Origin: Williopsis jadinii
Lineage: Eukaryota
Direction of reading: 5' to 3'
DNA length: 64,000 nucleotides
Assembly: GCA_024346625.1 (NCBI GenBank)
Contig: AP024667.1
Location: forward strand, 372,001-436,000
The translations under genes and the position numbers were made by a program. Numbering within the stretch: position 1 is the stretch's first letter; every line of letters begins with the position of its first letter. The notes below the pieces were generated by a model, which was not told where the DNA came from, did no database searches, and saw only the letters and a list, made by a program, of their open reading frames with translations. Of this stretch, positions 1 to 9,996 are shown in pieces.

Positions 1-1098
1 TTTCCCACAGAGCACAGGGCTGAGAGCACCCCCGTGGAGAAGGAGGCTCCGTTGCTGTTCAATCAGCCTTTCACCGATAACGACCCACACGCGAGGGATG
101 AGGGCGAGGCACCAAGTGATATCTTCAAGTCTGACTTCAACGTTGGAAGCTCACACAGTGGGCGCGCTGCCGCCACGGTGGATCCACGCGCCGCCGTGGA
201 GCAGCCATTCAGAAGAAGCTCCATTGCAGCACCACAAGGCGTGAACTTGCCATTGGCTTTCAACGCCAACAGACGTACAAGTGTCAGTGCAGAGACCTTG
301 AACCCACATGGGATCAAGGATGACTGGCATGCTCCTGTGATCCCGAAATCAGCAGATCAGTTGCAAAGATTGAGCAACTCTGTCGTTAAGAACTTCCTGT
401 TTGGTTCGCTGGACGAAGACTCGTTGAAGACTGTGATTGGCGCGCTGAAAGAGGTCAAACTGCCTGCTGGCTCTGAGGTCATCAAGCAAGGCGATGAAGG
501 TGACTTCTTCTACGTTGTTGAGTCCGGTGAAGTTAGCTTTTACGTGAATGGCATCAAGGTGAGCTCATCTGGCCCAGGTTCCAGTTTTGGTGAATTGGCA
601 CTCATGTATAACTCCCCAAGAGCTGCCACTGCGCTGGCAGAGACAGACTTGGTACTCTGGGCCCTGGATAGACTCACCTTTAGACGAATCCTGTTGGCAA
701 AAACCTCCAGAAAGAGACAACTCTACGAGAGCTTCCTGAAGGAGGTTCCTGTGCTATCACGTCTGTCGTCATACGAACGCTCCAAGCTGGCAGATGCGCT
801 GGAGACGGAAACCTACCAACCGGGAAATGCCGTTATCAAAGAAGGTGAGGTTGGTGAGAACTTCTATCTCATTGAAAGTGGTGAGGCCAATGTTCTTAAG
901 GAAGGAGAAGGTGTTGTGAGCCATTTGAAGAGAGGGGACTACTTTGGTGAGGTTGCTCTGTTGAATGATCTTCCAAGACAGGCAAGCATCGTTGCCACTA
1001 CGGAATTGAAGGTTGCTACGTTGGATAAGAAGGGTTTCCAGAGATTGTTGGGACCTGCTGTTGAGGTTTTGAAACGCCAGGATCCAACAAAGCATTAG
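1..1098 (+). CDS. BCY1: cAMP-dependent protein kinase regulatory subunit (5' truncated by window edge)
   Basis: Frame is open from base 1. Contains the RRTSVSAE inhibitor site and two cNMP-binding cassettes (FGELALMYNSPRAAT, FGEVALLNDLPRQAS). Confidence 0.97.
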   Translation, partial: FPTEHRAESTPVEKEAPLLFNQPFTDNDPHARDEGEAPSDIFKSDFNVGSSHSGRAAATVDPRAAVEQPFRRSSIAAPQGVNLPLAFNANRRTSVSAETLNPHGIKDDWHAPVIPKSADQLQRLSNSVVKNFLFGSLDEDSLKTVIGALKEVKLPAGSEVIKQGDEGDFFYVVESGEVSFYVNGIKVSSSGPGSSFGELALMYNSPRAATALAETDLVLWALDRLTFRRILLAKTSRKRQLYESFLKEVPVLSRLSSYERSKLADALETETYQPGNAVIKEGEVGENFYLIESGEANVLKEGEGVVSHLKRGDYFGEVALLNDLPRQASIVATTELKVATLDKKGFQRLLGPAVEVLKRQDPTKH

Positions 1099-1347
1099 AA
1101 TAACAGTGAATTCCGTACATTGCAACGTTACAAGAAAGAGAAACCACACACTTTTTACAACACAGGTCCCACACTCCCAGTGAGCATACAGGGAAAATAC
1201 ACTGCATCCGTATGTAGTCAACTTTTGTTCTCATCATTTAATTGTTTACGAGTTTTGATGTTATTACCTCTTTTTACTCAGAGTGATTCTCTGTAGCTTA
1301 TGTAGTGTGTATAATATAATGTATAATAGTCAATAAATATGGTTGAT

Positions 1348-2946
1348 CTATGATCTAACGTTCCATTCGAGCCAGCACTCATCGAATATTGGTCTAGAGG
1401 TATAACTATCTGCCATACTCATCATTTCGACATCAGTCAGAGATGCCTTCGACCCGTGGACGTTGCCCATCATTGGTGGTTTCTCTGTGAGGTTCTTACA
1501 CCACTGTGGGCTAATCTTGGATTGGAATCTCCAATACAATTGAGCAATGCAGAGCTTCATCTCAGTCATAGCAAGGTGCATCCCCAGGCACATCCTATTC
1601 CCCTGGCCAAAGGTGAACAATGAGGATTTCATTAGCTGAAGTCTCTGTTTAAAGGACTCATCAGTCTCATCACCCTGCTTCAACCATCTCTCAGGGATGA
1701 AGCTTTCAGGACGTGCAAAGACAGTTGGGTCAGTATGAAGAGACCATGGCTGGACAGAGACAGTGGTGCCCTTTGGAATGGTGAATTTAGCACCGTTGAC
1801 ATCAACGACAAATTCCTTTACAACGCTACGTGGTTCACTGCCTGGGATAGCTGCATGCAAACGAGTAGTTTCCAGGATCACCGCTTCCACGTATGGAAGC
1901 TTATCAACAACATCCAATGGCAAATAACCTAATGGTGTCTCACCAAAGTTCTGAACCATCTCGTCATACAACTTTTGCTGTATGTATTGATTCATAGGTC
2001 TGGATAGTTCCCAGGTGCAATAAGTCAACGACGCACCTGTGGTTTCATGGCCGGCAGCGACGTGATCAAACACTTCTGATCCAATAGCCCACTTGGTGAC
2101 ACCGTTCACGTACAAGGTTCTCACAAGAGAAGGTTCGCCAGTATCACCATTTTGCACCAAATCCTCGTATGCCTCGAGGAACTTCGACTTGGCCCAGTCA
2201 CGGCATTGACCAGAGAGTGTTGCCGTTTTCTTATCAGCAGCCCAGGACCACAGGGAAGGCAACAGTGTGGTATAGAACCACATCGAAGAAGAAGCTCTGA
2301 ACGCTTCAATGATCTTTCTCTGTTTCAAGTCTAGGAGCAGATTGGTGGTGAACTTTGACCCGAGTTCGTAATACGTAACAACGTCCATGGCCAAAGAGTT
2401 GAACATCTGATAGACATCCATTGGCGCATCGACAGACGAGGAAACAAAGCTCAGGAGGTTTTGAACCTTTGTGTTGATGTGGGCCTGTGAGTCATGAGCG
2501 AACACCGATGACTTTGTATACAGTTTAGCCATCATTCTCTTTCTCTTGAGATGGCGGTCCGTGTCGATGATGGAGAAGGCGTTCAGCTCACCAAAGTTGG
2601 TGAACTGGGAGTAGAACGAGGTCTTTGGCATGTTCTGCTTGACGTAGATCTGTTTCATGTAGTCGACAGAGGCCAGCGACACCTCGTTAGGCCCGATCTG
2701 AATGACAGGGCCAAACTCCCTGTGCCATTGATTCAGCTTTTCATTGCGGCTTTCGATACGCTGGTCGTTCAGCACAAAGATCGAGGAGATCTTATAGAGG
2801 AAGGGACCTGGCAAAGCGGACAGCGGGTTCAAGACGAATGGATAAATCACCAGATAGAACGAGGCGATGATCGTCAACGCCGTCACGAGCGACGTCAGTG
2901 GATGTAATGAGACATAATCACACAGCGTAAGTACAACTCCGTTCAT
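1348..2946 (-). CDS. Cytochrome P450 monooxygenase, family not assigned
   Basis: N-terminal TM anchor and PGP hinge, I-helix AAGHETT, ETTR (ExxR), PERW and heme motif FGQGNRMCLG. First ATG at 2946; the ORF-track start at 3003 is not an ATG. Confidence 0.95.
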   Translation of the reverse strand: MNGVVLTLCDYVSLHPLTSLVTALTIIASFYLVIYPFVLNPLSALPGPFLYKISSIFVLNDQRIESRNEKLNQWHREFGPVIQIGPNEVSLASVDYMKQIYVKQNMPKTSFYSQFTNFGELNAFSIIDTDRHLKRKRMMAKLYTKSSVFAHDSQAHINTKVQNLLSFVSSSVDAPMDVYQMFNSLAMDVVTYYELGSKFTTNLLLDLKQRKIIEAFRASSSMWFYTTLLPSLWSWAADKKTATLSGQCRDWAKSKFLEAYEDLVQNGDTGEPSLVRTLYVNGVTKWAIGSEVFDHVAAGHETTGASLTYCTWELSRPMNQYIQQKLYDEMVQNFGETPLGYLPLDVVDKLPYVEAVILETTRLHAAIPGSEPRSVVKEFVVDVNGAKFTIPKGTTVSVQPWSLHTDPTVFARPESFIPERWLKQGDETDESFKQRLQLMKSSLFTFGQGNRMCLGMHLAMTEMKLCIAQLYWRFQSKISPQWCKNLTEKPPMMGNVHGSKASLTDVEMMSMADSYTSRPIFDECWLEWNVRS

Positions 2947-3100
2947 GGCGCAAGTTTGAGGGCTCTTTACAGTCAGCTGTGTAAGATTAGTGGGAAAGCA
3001 CAAGGGTGAGGAATAATTATCGGCTCACTTTTCCCCCTGGTCCCTTTTTATATCTAAAACTTCTGTTTCCAACATCATCGCTATCACTTCACATTAGCAG

Positions 3101-3119
3101 TCCGCTAAAGTAAAGCGGA
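3101..3119. promoter_or_regulatory. Inverted repeat TCCGCT-N7-AGCGGA, candidate Zn2Cys6 transcription factor site upstream of the P450
   Basis: tccgctaaagtaaagcgga, about 155 bp upstream of the P450 ATG. CGG triplets are typical zinc-cluster half-sites. Confidence 0.4.
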
Positions 3120-3291
3120 ATTCACATCCACATTATTGGGTAGAAATTCCGGGGGATCACCTCCAAATTCCCAGCGCGTGCGTCGCGTTGACCTTCCATA
3201 CGTTGCATACGGCGTGCATACTATCGCCGGCTAAACTCCGAGAGATCGTGTGTTATGAAAATTAAAATCAATTGAAACTATACGACTTTGG

Positions 3292-4905
3292 TTACTGCTT
3301 CAACGCTTCACTAACAACGCCTGCGATCTTGATGGCCTTCTCCTCCTCATAGCGCAGACAGTGAATCTGCGCACATACAGGCATGCCCTTGAACAGGTCA
3401 TAGTCCCACAGGTGCTTGTTATCTTCATCGTCTGCGTTCAGAGCGGTGTAATCTGCGGCAACGTTGTCCTCCTCGGATACGCTTGTCACTGGCACGATGA
3501 CGCTTGTGTAGTCGAGGTAGTTTGCTGGGTAGGTGTATGAGCAGTGGTATGGTTTGTACTTTCCAGCAGGGTAGGAGGTTGTCTCCCACGCTGCTGAGAT
3601 GAAGCAGTCCATTGTTCTGCCGCTAGGCCCTGTTTTAGACAGCCATGCCTTGTCGTAGGCTTGTTGTGTCTCGTACTTGGTCTTGCCTTGTTCCCAGTGC
3701 TCCGTCACGCCAATCTCCTCCAGATCATCAGAGAACCCCAGTAGCTGTGGAATGATTGGCTCACCGGTCTTAGCAACTTCCCTCTTTGTCTCGCCGTAGC
3801 CGTCAGCGACAAAGATCTTTCCCAGGTTGTCCTTCAACGTTTGAACCGGGATAGGATGTTCCCACTCGATAACCTCATGGCCCGCAGCTTTCAGCTTGTC
3901 CACGATGAGCTGTAATCCACGCTGCACAGGTGGATGTGGCGTGATGTACCCGTTGTTCTTCATGATACCGACCGTCAGTCTCTCCGGGAGCTGGACTTGT
4001 CTCCATTCGATAGGTGGACATTTTGGATCTTTCAACCAAGGTTTGGAGTCGATAATCAACTTGACAAAGAATTCCAAGTCCTCCAAGTTCTGAGCAGAGG
4101 GCCCAATCACAGATGGCACAATTGGCTGATTTGCGTAGGAGTTCATCACTTTACAGTATGGTAATCTTCCAGTGCAACCTCTAATGGCATACAGGCCTTG
4201 GAAAGTCGCAGGGACTCTGATAGAGCCACCGATATCTGTGGATAACCCAATGAGCGCACCACGGCATCCAATCAGTGAAGATTCACCACCGGACGAGCCG
4301 CCAGATGAGAGTTTGTTGTTGAACGCGTTCACCGTTTGGCCATACAAGTTTGAGTATGTATCAACAGCCATCATGGCCATTGGAACGGTGGTCTTGACGT
4401 AGAAAACGGCTCCCGCATCGTACAAGATCTCTGCAATGACTGAAGTGTCCTCTTTGGTCTTTGGCTTGAATGCCAAAGAGACATAACCGATTGACGAGTC
4501 CAACCCTTCCAGGTTGATCTGATCCTTGAGAGAAATTGGCAGTCCATGCAATGGGCCTTTCAGCTCACCAGTGGCTTGGTAATACTCATCCAGCTCCTTT
4601 GCCCGGGCCAGCGCCCTGTCGAAGAAGATCTCTGCACAGCAGTTGATCAGCTGGTGAGCCAAGGCAGCCCTATGACAGAATGCCTTCGTGATCTCATACG
4701 AGCTCAGTTTCTTATCCTTAATGTCCTTCTGCAGTTGTAACAGGGACTTGTGGACGATTTCAGTCTCATCCTTTGGTAACACTTTGTTCAGGTACTCGTA
4801 AGCGTTACTGGCATCCTCCGGAGTCTCCTCCAGAAGCCATTCCTTGGGGATCTGAGAGCGGACATAGTCCCTCTTCTTCTGTGCAGTCTCTTGCCACGAT
4901 GCCAT
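3292..4905 (-). CDS. Amidase-signature family enzyme (Amd2/acetamidase-like)
   Basis: GPLHGLPISLKD (catalytic Lys), GGSSGGE and TDIGGSIRVPA. ATG at 4905 has a good context; an alternative ATG lies at 4929. TATATAA near 4984-4990 on the minus strand. Confidence 0.93.
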   Translation of the reverse strand: MASWQETAQKKRDYVRSQIPKEWLLEETPEDASNAYEYLNKVLPKDETEIVHKSLLQLQKDIKDKKLSSYEITKAFCHRAALAHQLINCCAEIFFDRALARAKELDEYYQATGELKGPLHGLPISLKDQINLEGLDSSIGYVSLAFKPKTKEDTSVIAEILYDAGAVFYVKTTVPMAMMAVDTYSNLYGQTVNAFNNKLSSGGSSGGESSLIGCRGALIGLSTDIGGSIRVPATFQGLYAIRGCTGRLPYCKVMNSYANQPIVPSVIGPSAQNLEDLEFFVKLIIDSKPWLKDPKCPPIEWRQVQLPERLTVGIMKNNGYITPHPPVQRGLQLIVDKLKAAGHEVIEWEHPIPVQTLKDNLGKIFVADGYGETKREVAKTGEPIIPQLLGFSDDLEEIGVTEHWEQGKTKYETQQAYDKAWLSKTGPSGRTMDCFISAAWETTSYPAGKYKPYHCSYTYPANYLDYTSVIVPVTSVSEEDNVAADYTALNADDEDNKHLWDYDLFKGMPVCAQIHCLRYEEEKAIKIAGVVSEALKQ

Positions 4906-5526
4906 TGTTGCTCCACAGCTACGCGCCATTGAGTACTCTCAAGCTTAGCGCTACTGTCAAGAAGCAGGGCCCAGGGCCCTGCTTATATACATACGGCGGT
5001 CCAGCACTTGTCACTGATGTTCCCCTCCCCCATGGCATGTACGTACACCGTGCTAATTCCCCTAATCCATGCTCCTTATCAACAAACAAACACACCCAAT
5101 TTGCTACAATCAAAGCCATCCCTAACCTTGAACATGAAGGGTGAAACTTGCAGCGTGCAGCATTGTTACACGGGTCATCCACCCAGTGCAACCAGCAGAA
5201 CAAAGCGGGAATTGGTGCCAGTTGACGATTTCGCCGGACTGCACACACATTTATGCGACCATTGTGCGGTTATCACTATCACTATCTCACTATCACTGCC
5301 CTCTCCAGGGGAGCATGGGCCATATTGATCTCATCGCCGGCGAGACGCAACGAGGGCTGTTGCCGTTGTTGCCCGACACATAAAACGGGACGGGCGTGTG
5401 GTGGGGGTGCCTGGTGGGCGGAGGGCGGCGGTAGCAGGTGGCTAACTTTTAAAGGGGAGGCGCCACTGGAACCCGTTGGGACTATAGGTGGTGTCAGTTG
5501 GCACGGTAACAGGGACTTTAACTGAG

Positions 5527-6210
5527 ATGTTTACCGGTATAGTTGAGCACATTGGGGAGGTTGAGCTCTTCACGAAGCAGGACGATGGCAATTACACGCT
5601 GACCATTGTGAAGGCGTCGCCTGTGCTGGGCGATGCCCACATCGGTGATTCGATTGCGGTGAACGGTACGTGTCTCACGGTGACGTCGTTTGATGGTGAT
5701 AGTTTCACCGTGGGGTTGATACCTGAGACTCTTAGACGCACCAACCTGGGCTCCCTGACAAAGGGCACCAAGGTCAACCTGGAGAGGGCGGTGGGCGGCG
5801 ATGTTAGGTTTGGAGGCCATTACGTCCAAGGTCACGTCGATACTGTGTGTACCATTGTGGGCGCACAAGCTGAGGAGAATGCAATCAACTACTCGTTTGA
5901 GCTGAGGGACAAGGAGTACATCGATTACATTGTGGAGAAGGGGTTTATCTGTCTGGATGGCACTAGTCTGACAGTGACGTTTGTCGATTACGACAAGTCG
6001 CAGTTTGGAATCAGCATGATTAAACATACACAGGAGAACGTTGTGATGCCTTTGAAGCATCTCGGCGACGCCGTCAACGTTGAAGTGGACGTGATGGGGA
6101 AGCTGATCAAGAAGCAGGTTGGTCTCTACATGGAGCGCGAGGTGTCTGGTAAGTTGGAGCAGATGATCAATTCCATTGTTGACAAGAAACTTGGCTCTCT
6201 CAAGCAATAA
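5527..6210 (+). CDS. RIB5: Riboflavin synthase
   Basis: Canonical MFTGIVE N-terminus, GDSIAVNGTCLTV, VNLERA and GGHYVQGHVD. Confidence 0.97.
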   Translation: MFTGIVEHIGEVELFTKQDDGNYTLTIVKASPVLGDAHIGDSIAVNGTCLTVTSFDGDSFTVGLIPETLRRTNLGSLTKGTKVNLERAVGGDVRFGGHYVQGHVDTVCTIVGAQAEENAINYSFELRDKEYIDYIVEKGFICLDGTSLTVTFVDYDKSQFGISMIKHTQENVVMPLKHLGDAVNVEVDVMGKLIKKQVGLYMEREVSGKLEQMINSIVDKKLGSLKQ

Positions 6211-6262
6211 TTCGCCATCCATACGCACGTTCTCCTCCTCCGCAGTTCGAAAAGAAACATCT

Positions 6263-6829
6263 TCAAAGCTGTGATACGTAGTGTTGATACTCGTCATAGT
6301 CACACCCAACCTTGACGCCTTCGTACCGGATGACTTCAACGTCAGCCAAGTCGTAGTCATATCTGTAGCCACTCTTGCGGATACAGTGCTCCACAGTCTC
6401 CTCTTTGGTCCATCCTTGCTCCACCGCAACGTCTGGTAGGAATGTTGCACCGTAAGAGCGCCCTCCACGGCTCAGCTTGACACGAATCCCGTGCTTCCCC
6501 AAGGTCCAATCCATCGCATCAGATGCCTTTGTGAAGTTTCTCAGCACAGTGATATTAACAGACAGCAACGGCAGCTCCTTTTCTGTAATCGGCCTAAATC
6601 TCGTATCCTCAAACGCTGAGATCAGTGCGTACTCACGGATGCCCCTTGTCAGTGGGATATCAGAGAAGGTTCCAATACAGCCTCTCAGCTGCTTCACCCC
6701 GTGTTCCCTCTTATTCCATGTAACAAACAACGGCGAGGACTCCTCGGTTTCAAGCTTCACTTGCGCCTGTGAGCCTCTCAGCTCAGAGACAAGCGAGTCA
6801 AAAGCATAGTAAGCGTATTCCTTGGACAT
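6263..6829 (-). CDS. AMMECR1-domain protein (YOR289W-like)
   Basis: PLFVTW, LRGCIGTF, DTRF and ATFLPDVAVEQGW are AMMECR1 motifs. Confidence 0.93.
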   Translation of the reverse strand: MSKEYAYYAFDSLVSELRGSQAQVKLETEESSPLFVTWNKREHGVKQLRGCIGTFSDIPLTRGIREYALISAFEDTRFRPITEKELPLLSVNITVLRNFTKASDAMDWTLGKHGIRVKLSRGGRSYGATFLPDVAVEQGWTKEETVEHCIRKSGYRYDYDLADVEVIRYEGVKVGCDYDEYQHYVSQL

Positions 6830-7100
6830 GTGTGTGTAGTTTTAAACCGCTCTGTATAGCAAGTGGTGACGGAGAAGGGTTGTTTAAAGGTAAGATGTGA
6901 TGTACTGAGTGTGTATATTTTTTTGTGTCAAAGGGGGGTTTTAGTGCGTGCGGTGGGGCTAATGAAGGCTACAGCGGTTCCATATTGGCGGTTATAAAGA
7001 GGTCAGCGGTGATCGGATTGAAATGATATAATCATAATGGAGTACTTAGATGATCCTAGAGACCACATAGACTCGTGTGTTTGAGTTGTTTGGGGTGTGA

Positions 7101-7183
7101 TCACCACGATTGGCCACTAATCATCACGATTTGCGACTAATCATCACGATTTGCGACTAATCACCCCGATTGGCGACCAATCA
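7101..7183. repeat. 20-bp tandem repeat, about 4 copies, consensus TCAYCACGATTKGCGACTAA
   Basis: Units start at 7101, 7121, 7141 and 7161; the middle two are identical. The last unit overlaps the 3' end of the 7161-7607 ORF. Confidence 0.9.
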
Positions 7184-7607
7184 GTGCTGTAGTAGTTGCA
7201 TCCTCAAACAAGTTATGTCCGGTGGTCCAGTAATACTCGAGAAGCGCAACACGCTCTTCATTGTCTTGAAACCCGGTGTAATCCATCACCTGATAGCCAG
7301 AGGTGTAAGTCAGCATGTAGTACTTTGCCATTGTCAAGTTGGAGGTGTCTCCCGGAGCCATGGCAACGGTGTTTTCGCCCTTAGTACAGTCGGTTTGGAA
7401 CCCCAAGTGGTTCCAAGTGGTGCCGCTTTTGACCCACGTAGGCATCGCAACGGCTTGCACAGACTCCACAGGGGCAAACTGCTGGAAGCAGAAGCCATTG
7501 TGGAAGACCTCGGCAACTCTCACGGCCAAGGGGATCTTTTCGACATTGGTGTCCAATGATGCGAGGACGTTAGCGACTAGGACTGACAACAGAATGACGA
7601 GACTCAT
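7161..7607 (-). CDS. Small predicted secreted protein of unknown function (148 aa)
   Basis: ATG start, hydrophobic signal-peptide-like N-terminus (MSLVILLSVLVANVLA), TATATAAA about 60 bp upstream (7668-7675) and two Cys. No family recognised. Confidence 0.7.
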   Translation of the reverse strand: MSLVILLSVLVANVLASLDTNVEKIPLAVRVAEVFHNGFCFQQFAPVESVQAVAMPTWVKSGTTWNHLGFQTDCTKGENTVAMAPGDTSNLTMAKYYMLTYTSGYQVMDYTGFQDNEERVALLEYYWTTGHNLFEDATTTALIGRQSG

Positions 7608-8122
7608 GGGATGCTTTACACGTTTGATGTTGAGTAGGAGGTTGGAAGGAAATATTGCTCGCTAGCCTTTATATACTGCCCAGTTAAGTTTCATATACAG
7701 CTCAACCAGAAATGCCCCAATTGACCTCCCCCATGCGCTTTCGTTGTGCAGCATTGATCACTGGTGGTGAAGCAGCACTTAGAGAGCTTAAAGCCCTCAG
7801 TGAACACAGGCAGCCCACTGCGAGCCAATACGTACAAATAACAGCCAGCAACTACAGTACACGACAAGCTCACGATTTCGTAACGCACTGGCAATGATTA
7901 CGGAGAGACCTGCCCGCCCTTCGCATTGTTCAGCTCGGCTTATCTCAACCATCAATGTATGCGGTTCCTGCGTGATGAGGGAAGTCTCAACATTTTTCCC
8001 CGGCGTGTACCGAGGCCGAGGTGTGTGTGTGTTTTTTTTTTTTTCATCTTCTCTTTAGCCTGTTCACGCCATCGATCAACATTGAAAAGAAGGTGCTGTT
8101 GTTCACATTGGAAGATTTTTGG

Positions 8123-8995
8123 ATGGTAGCGATGATGAAGTTCACTTTGCTGCTTGCCCTGGGATCACTGGTGAGTGCTGGGTTCTACGATAAGTCCCCT
8201 GTGATGGAGCTAGACGCAACCAACTTTGATTCTGTTGTGCTTACAAATGACACGTCGATAGTGGAGTTTTACGCTCCATGGTGTGGACATTGTCGTAACT
8301 TACAACCTGAGTATGTTAAAACCGGTAAGCATCTCCAGGACATTGCTGTTGTTGGTGCTGTGGACTGTGATAAGGCTAAGAATAAACCTCTCTGTTCCAA
8401 GTACAGGGTTGAAGGATTCCCAACATTGGTTGTTTTCAGACCACCAAAGGTTAACTTGGACAAGGCAAATGATAAGAAGTACATACATGCGACGGAGGTG
8501 TATCTTGGACCAAGAAAGGCCAAAGCCATGGTGGAATTTGTTACGAACCGGATGAAGAACTATACAAAGAGATTTGCGACGCTGACCAAGCTCTTCGAAT
8601 GGGCACAGGTGGACTCAGGAAGAGTCAAGTGCGTTGTTCTCACACAGAAGGATAGACTAACTCCATTCCTGAAGAGCTTGGCCGTTGATTTCCTCGGTGC
8701 TGTGGATTTCAGCTATCTGCCTCTGAACAAGAACAAGGAGGAGGTGTACGAAGTATTCGAGATCGACCCGGACCATGAAAAGGCCGTCCTTGCAGTTTAC
8801 CACGATGGTAAATGGACAAAGCACACTGGAGATATGTCAAAGTCCAGCATCACCGAGTTCATCTCGCAATACGCTGACGTGGAGTCCATCGTTGAGCACA
8901 GAGAATACAAGAGAGCCATCTTGAAGGGTGAGAAGCCAAAGAAAAAAGGTGGCAAGAAGCAAAAAAAGCACAAGCAAGCCCGTGATGAGCTATGA
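8123..8995 (+). CDS. MPD1: Protein disulfide isomerase family member
   Basis: Signal peptide, single thioredoxin WCGHC site and C-terminal RDEL ER-retention signal. Candidate ATGs at 8123, 8132 and 8135. Lies between the AMMECR1 gene and RRP36, as in the S. cerevisiae block. Confidence 0.88.
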   Translation: MVAMMKFTLLLALGSLVSAGFYDKSPVMELDATNFDSVVLTNDTSIVEFYAPWCGHCRNLQPEYVKTGKHLQDIAVVGAVDCDKAKNKPLCSKYRVEGFPTLVVFRPPKVNLDKANDKKYIHATEVYLGPRKAKAMVEFVTNRMKNYTKRFATLTKLFEWAQVDSGRVKCVVLTQKDRLTPFLKSLAVDFLGAVDFSYLPLNKNKEEVYEVFEIDPDHEKAVLAVYHDGKWTKHTGDMSKSSITEFISQYADVESIVEHREYKRAILKGEKPKKKGGKKQKKHKQARDEL

Positions 8996-9225
8996 TCAGA
9001 CCCAATGGCTATATATAACCACACATAACTACGCATAGTATGAGCACTACCATTAATAGATAATCGTGTATAAAATCCCCATCAACGTAGCTCTTGAGGT
9101 GGTGTATGGATGTTGTGGGATTTTTCCCACTTTCCGCTTTCGTCGCAAAACGGTGAACTTTTCAACACTTTCCCCAGTGCTCAATGAATGGAAACCACAA
9201 CACCTCAATCTATTTGAAATAAGCC

Positions 9226-9569
9226 ATGATCACCAAGTACTTCACCAAAGTTGTCATCAGATTCAATCCACTCGGTAAAGAAGGTATGTAGTGCTTGTCC
9301 TATATCTCTTGGAACTGGAATACTAACCCCTTGGAACAGGAAAGGCATCACGTCTCTTCCTCAGCTCGATCCCTCCTTCATTAAGAGGTGCTTGCGTCAT
9401 CGACCATAAGGTCATCACAGACAACAAGACCAAGCCTACGCTTTCGGTGACTTTCAAGGATAAGTTGACCTTGGACGCTGATCCATCAACGATGACATTT
9501 GGCGAGATTAGTGCCATTATGGATAGACACTCCAGAGCACTACAGATCAAGGACAGCATCCAAGCATGA
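9226..9569 (+). CDS. MRPL44: Mitochondrial ribosomal protein mL53, spliced (missed by the ORF track)
   Basis: Exon 1 9226-9283, intron 9284-9339 (GTATGT, TACTAAC at 9321, CAG), exon 2 9340-9569. Product MITKYFTKVVIRFNPLGKEG-KASRLFLSSIPP...DRHSRALQIKDSIQA, 95 aa. Confidence 0.93.
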
Positions 9570-9634
9570 TTCTGGGGAGCTTGTCAGAGGAATCTGGGCA
9601 CTTGTCATGCTACCGGAGGGTTTGTTTCGCTATA

Positions 9635-9657
9635 TGTATATATAATATCTGTAAATA
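9635..9657 (+). promoter_or_regulatory. Two Puf3-type elements (TGTATATA, TGTAAATA) in the MRPL44 3' UTR
   Basis: UGUAHAUA matches at 9635-9642 and 9650-9657. Puf3 is an established regulator of mitochondrial ribosomal protein mRNAs. Confidence 0.7.
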
Positions 9658-9996
9658 AAAGGTTTGTTATTGGTTTCATGGACATATATGACAAAGCATA
9701 GAGATGTTGTAAAGACCAAAGTACATACTGAGTAGTCATACCTGATTATCTCACCAACTACAATGGCAGGCTAAATGTACTTCTCTCAGACTACCAGAGC
9801 ACGGCTCCATGCGAGCGAAACCACCGTTTATGACATTTTATGCCTACGAGGGCTCCCATCCGTTGACTTCCTCGCAGGTGCTGCCCAGAACGATGAGTTC
9901 TGGGGTTGTAACAACAGAAAAATTTATAGCCAGAAGAGATGATGATATCTTTATTGTACGATCGTCCTAATATTGGAGTAGAAAAGCAGGTGAATC

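Noticed and set aside
5518..6468. 316-aa minus-strand ORF overlapping RIB5 and the AMMECR1 gene
   Set aside because: Antisense or alternate-frame shadow of two well-supported genes, with no recognisable motifs.
7101..7183. Palindromic repeats superficially like a CRISPR array
   Set aside because: Units are contiguous with no unique spacers, there are no cas genes, and the context is eukaryotic.
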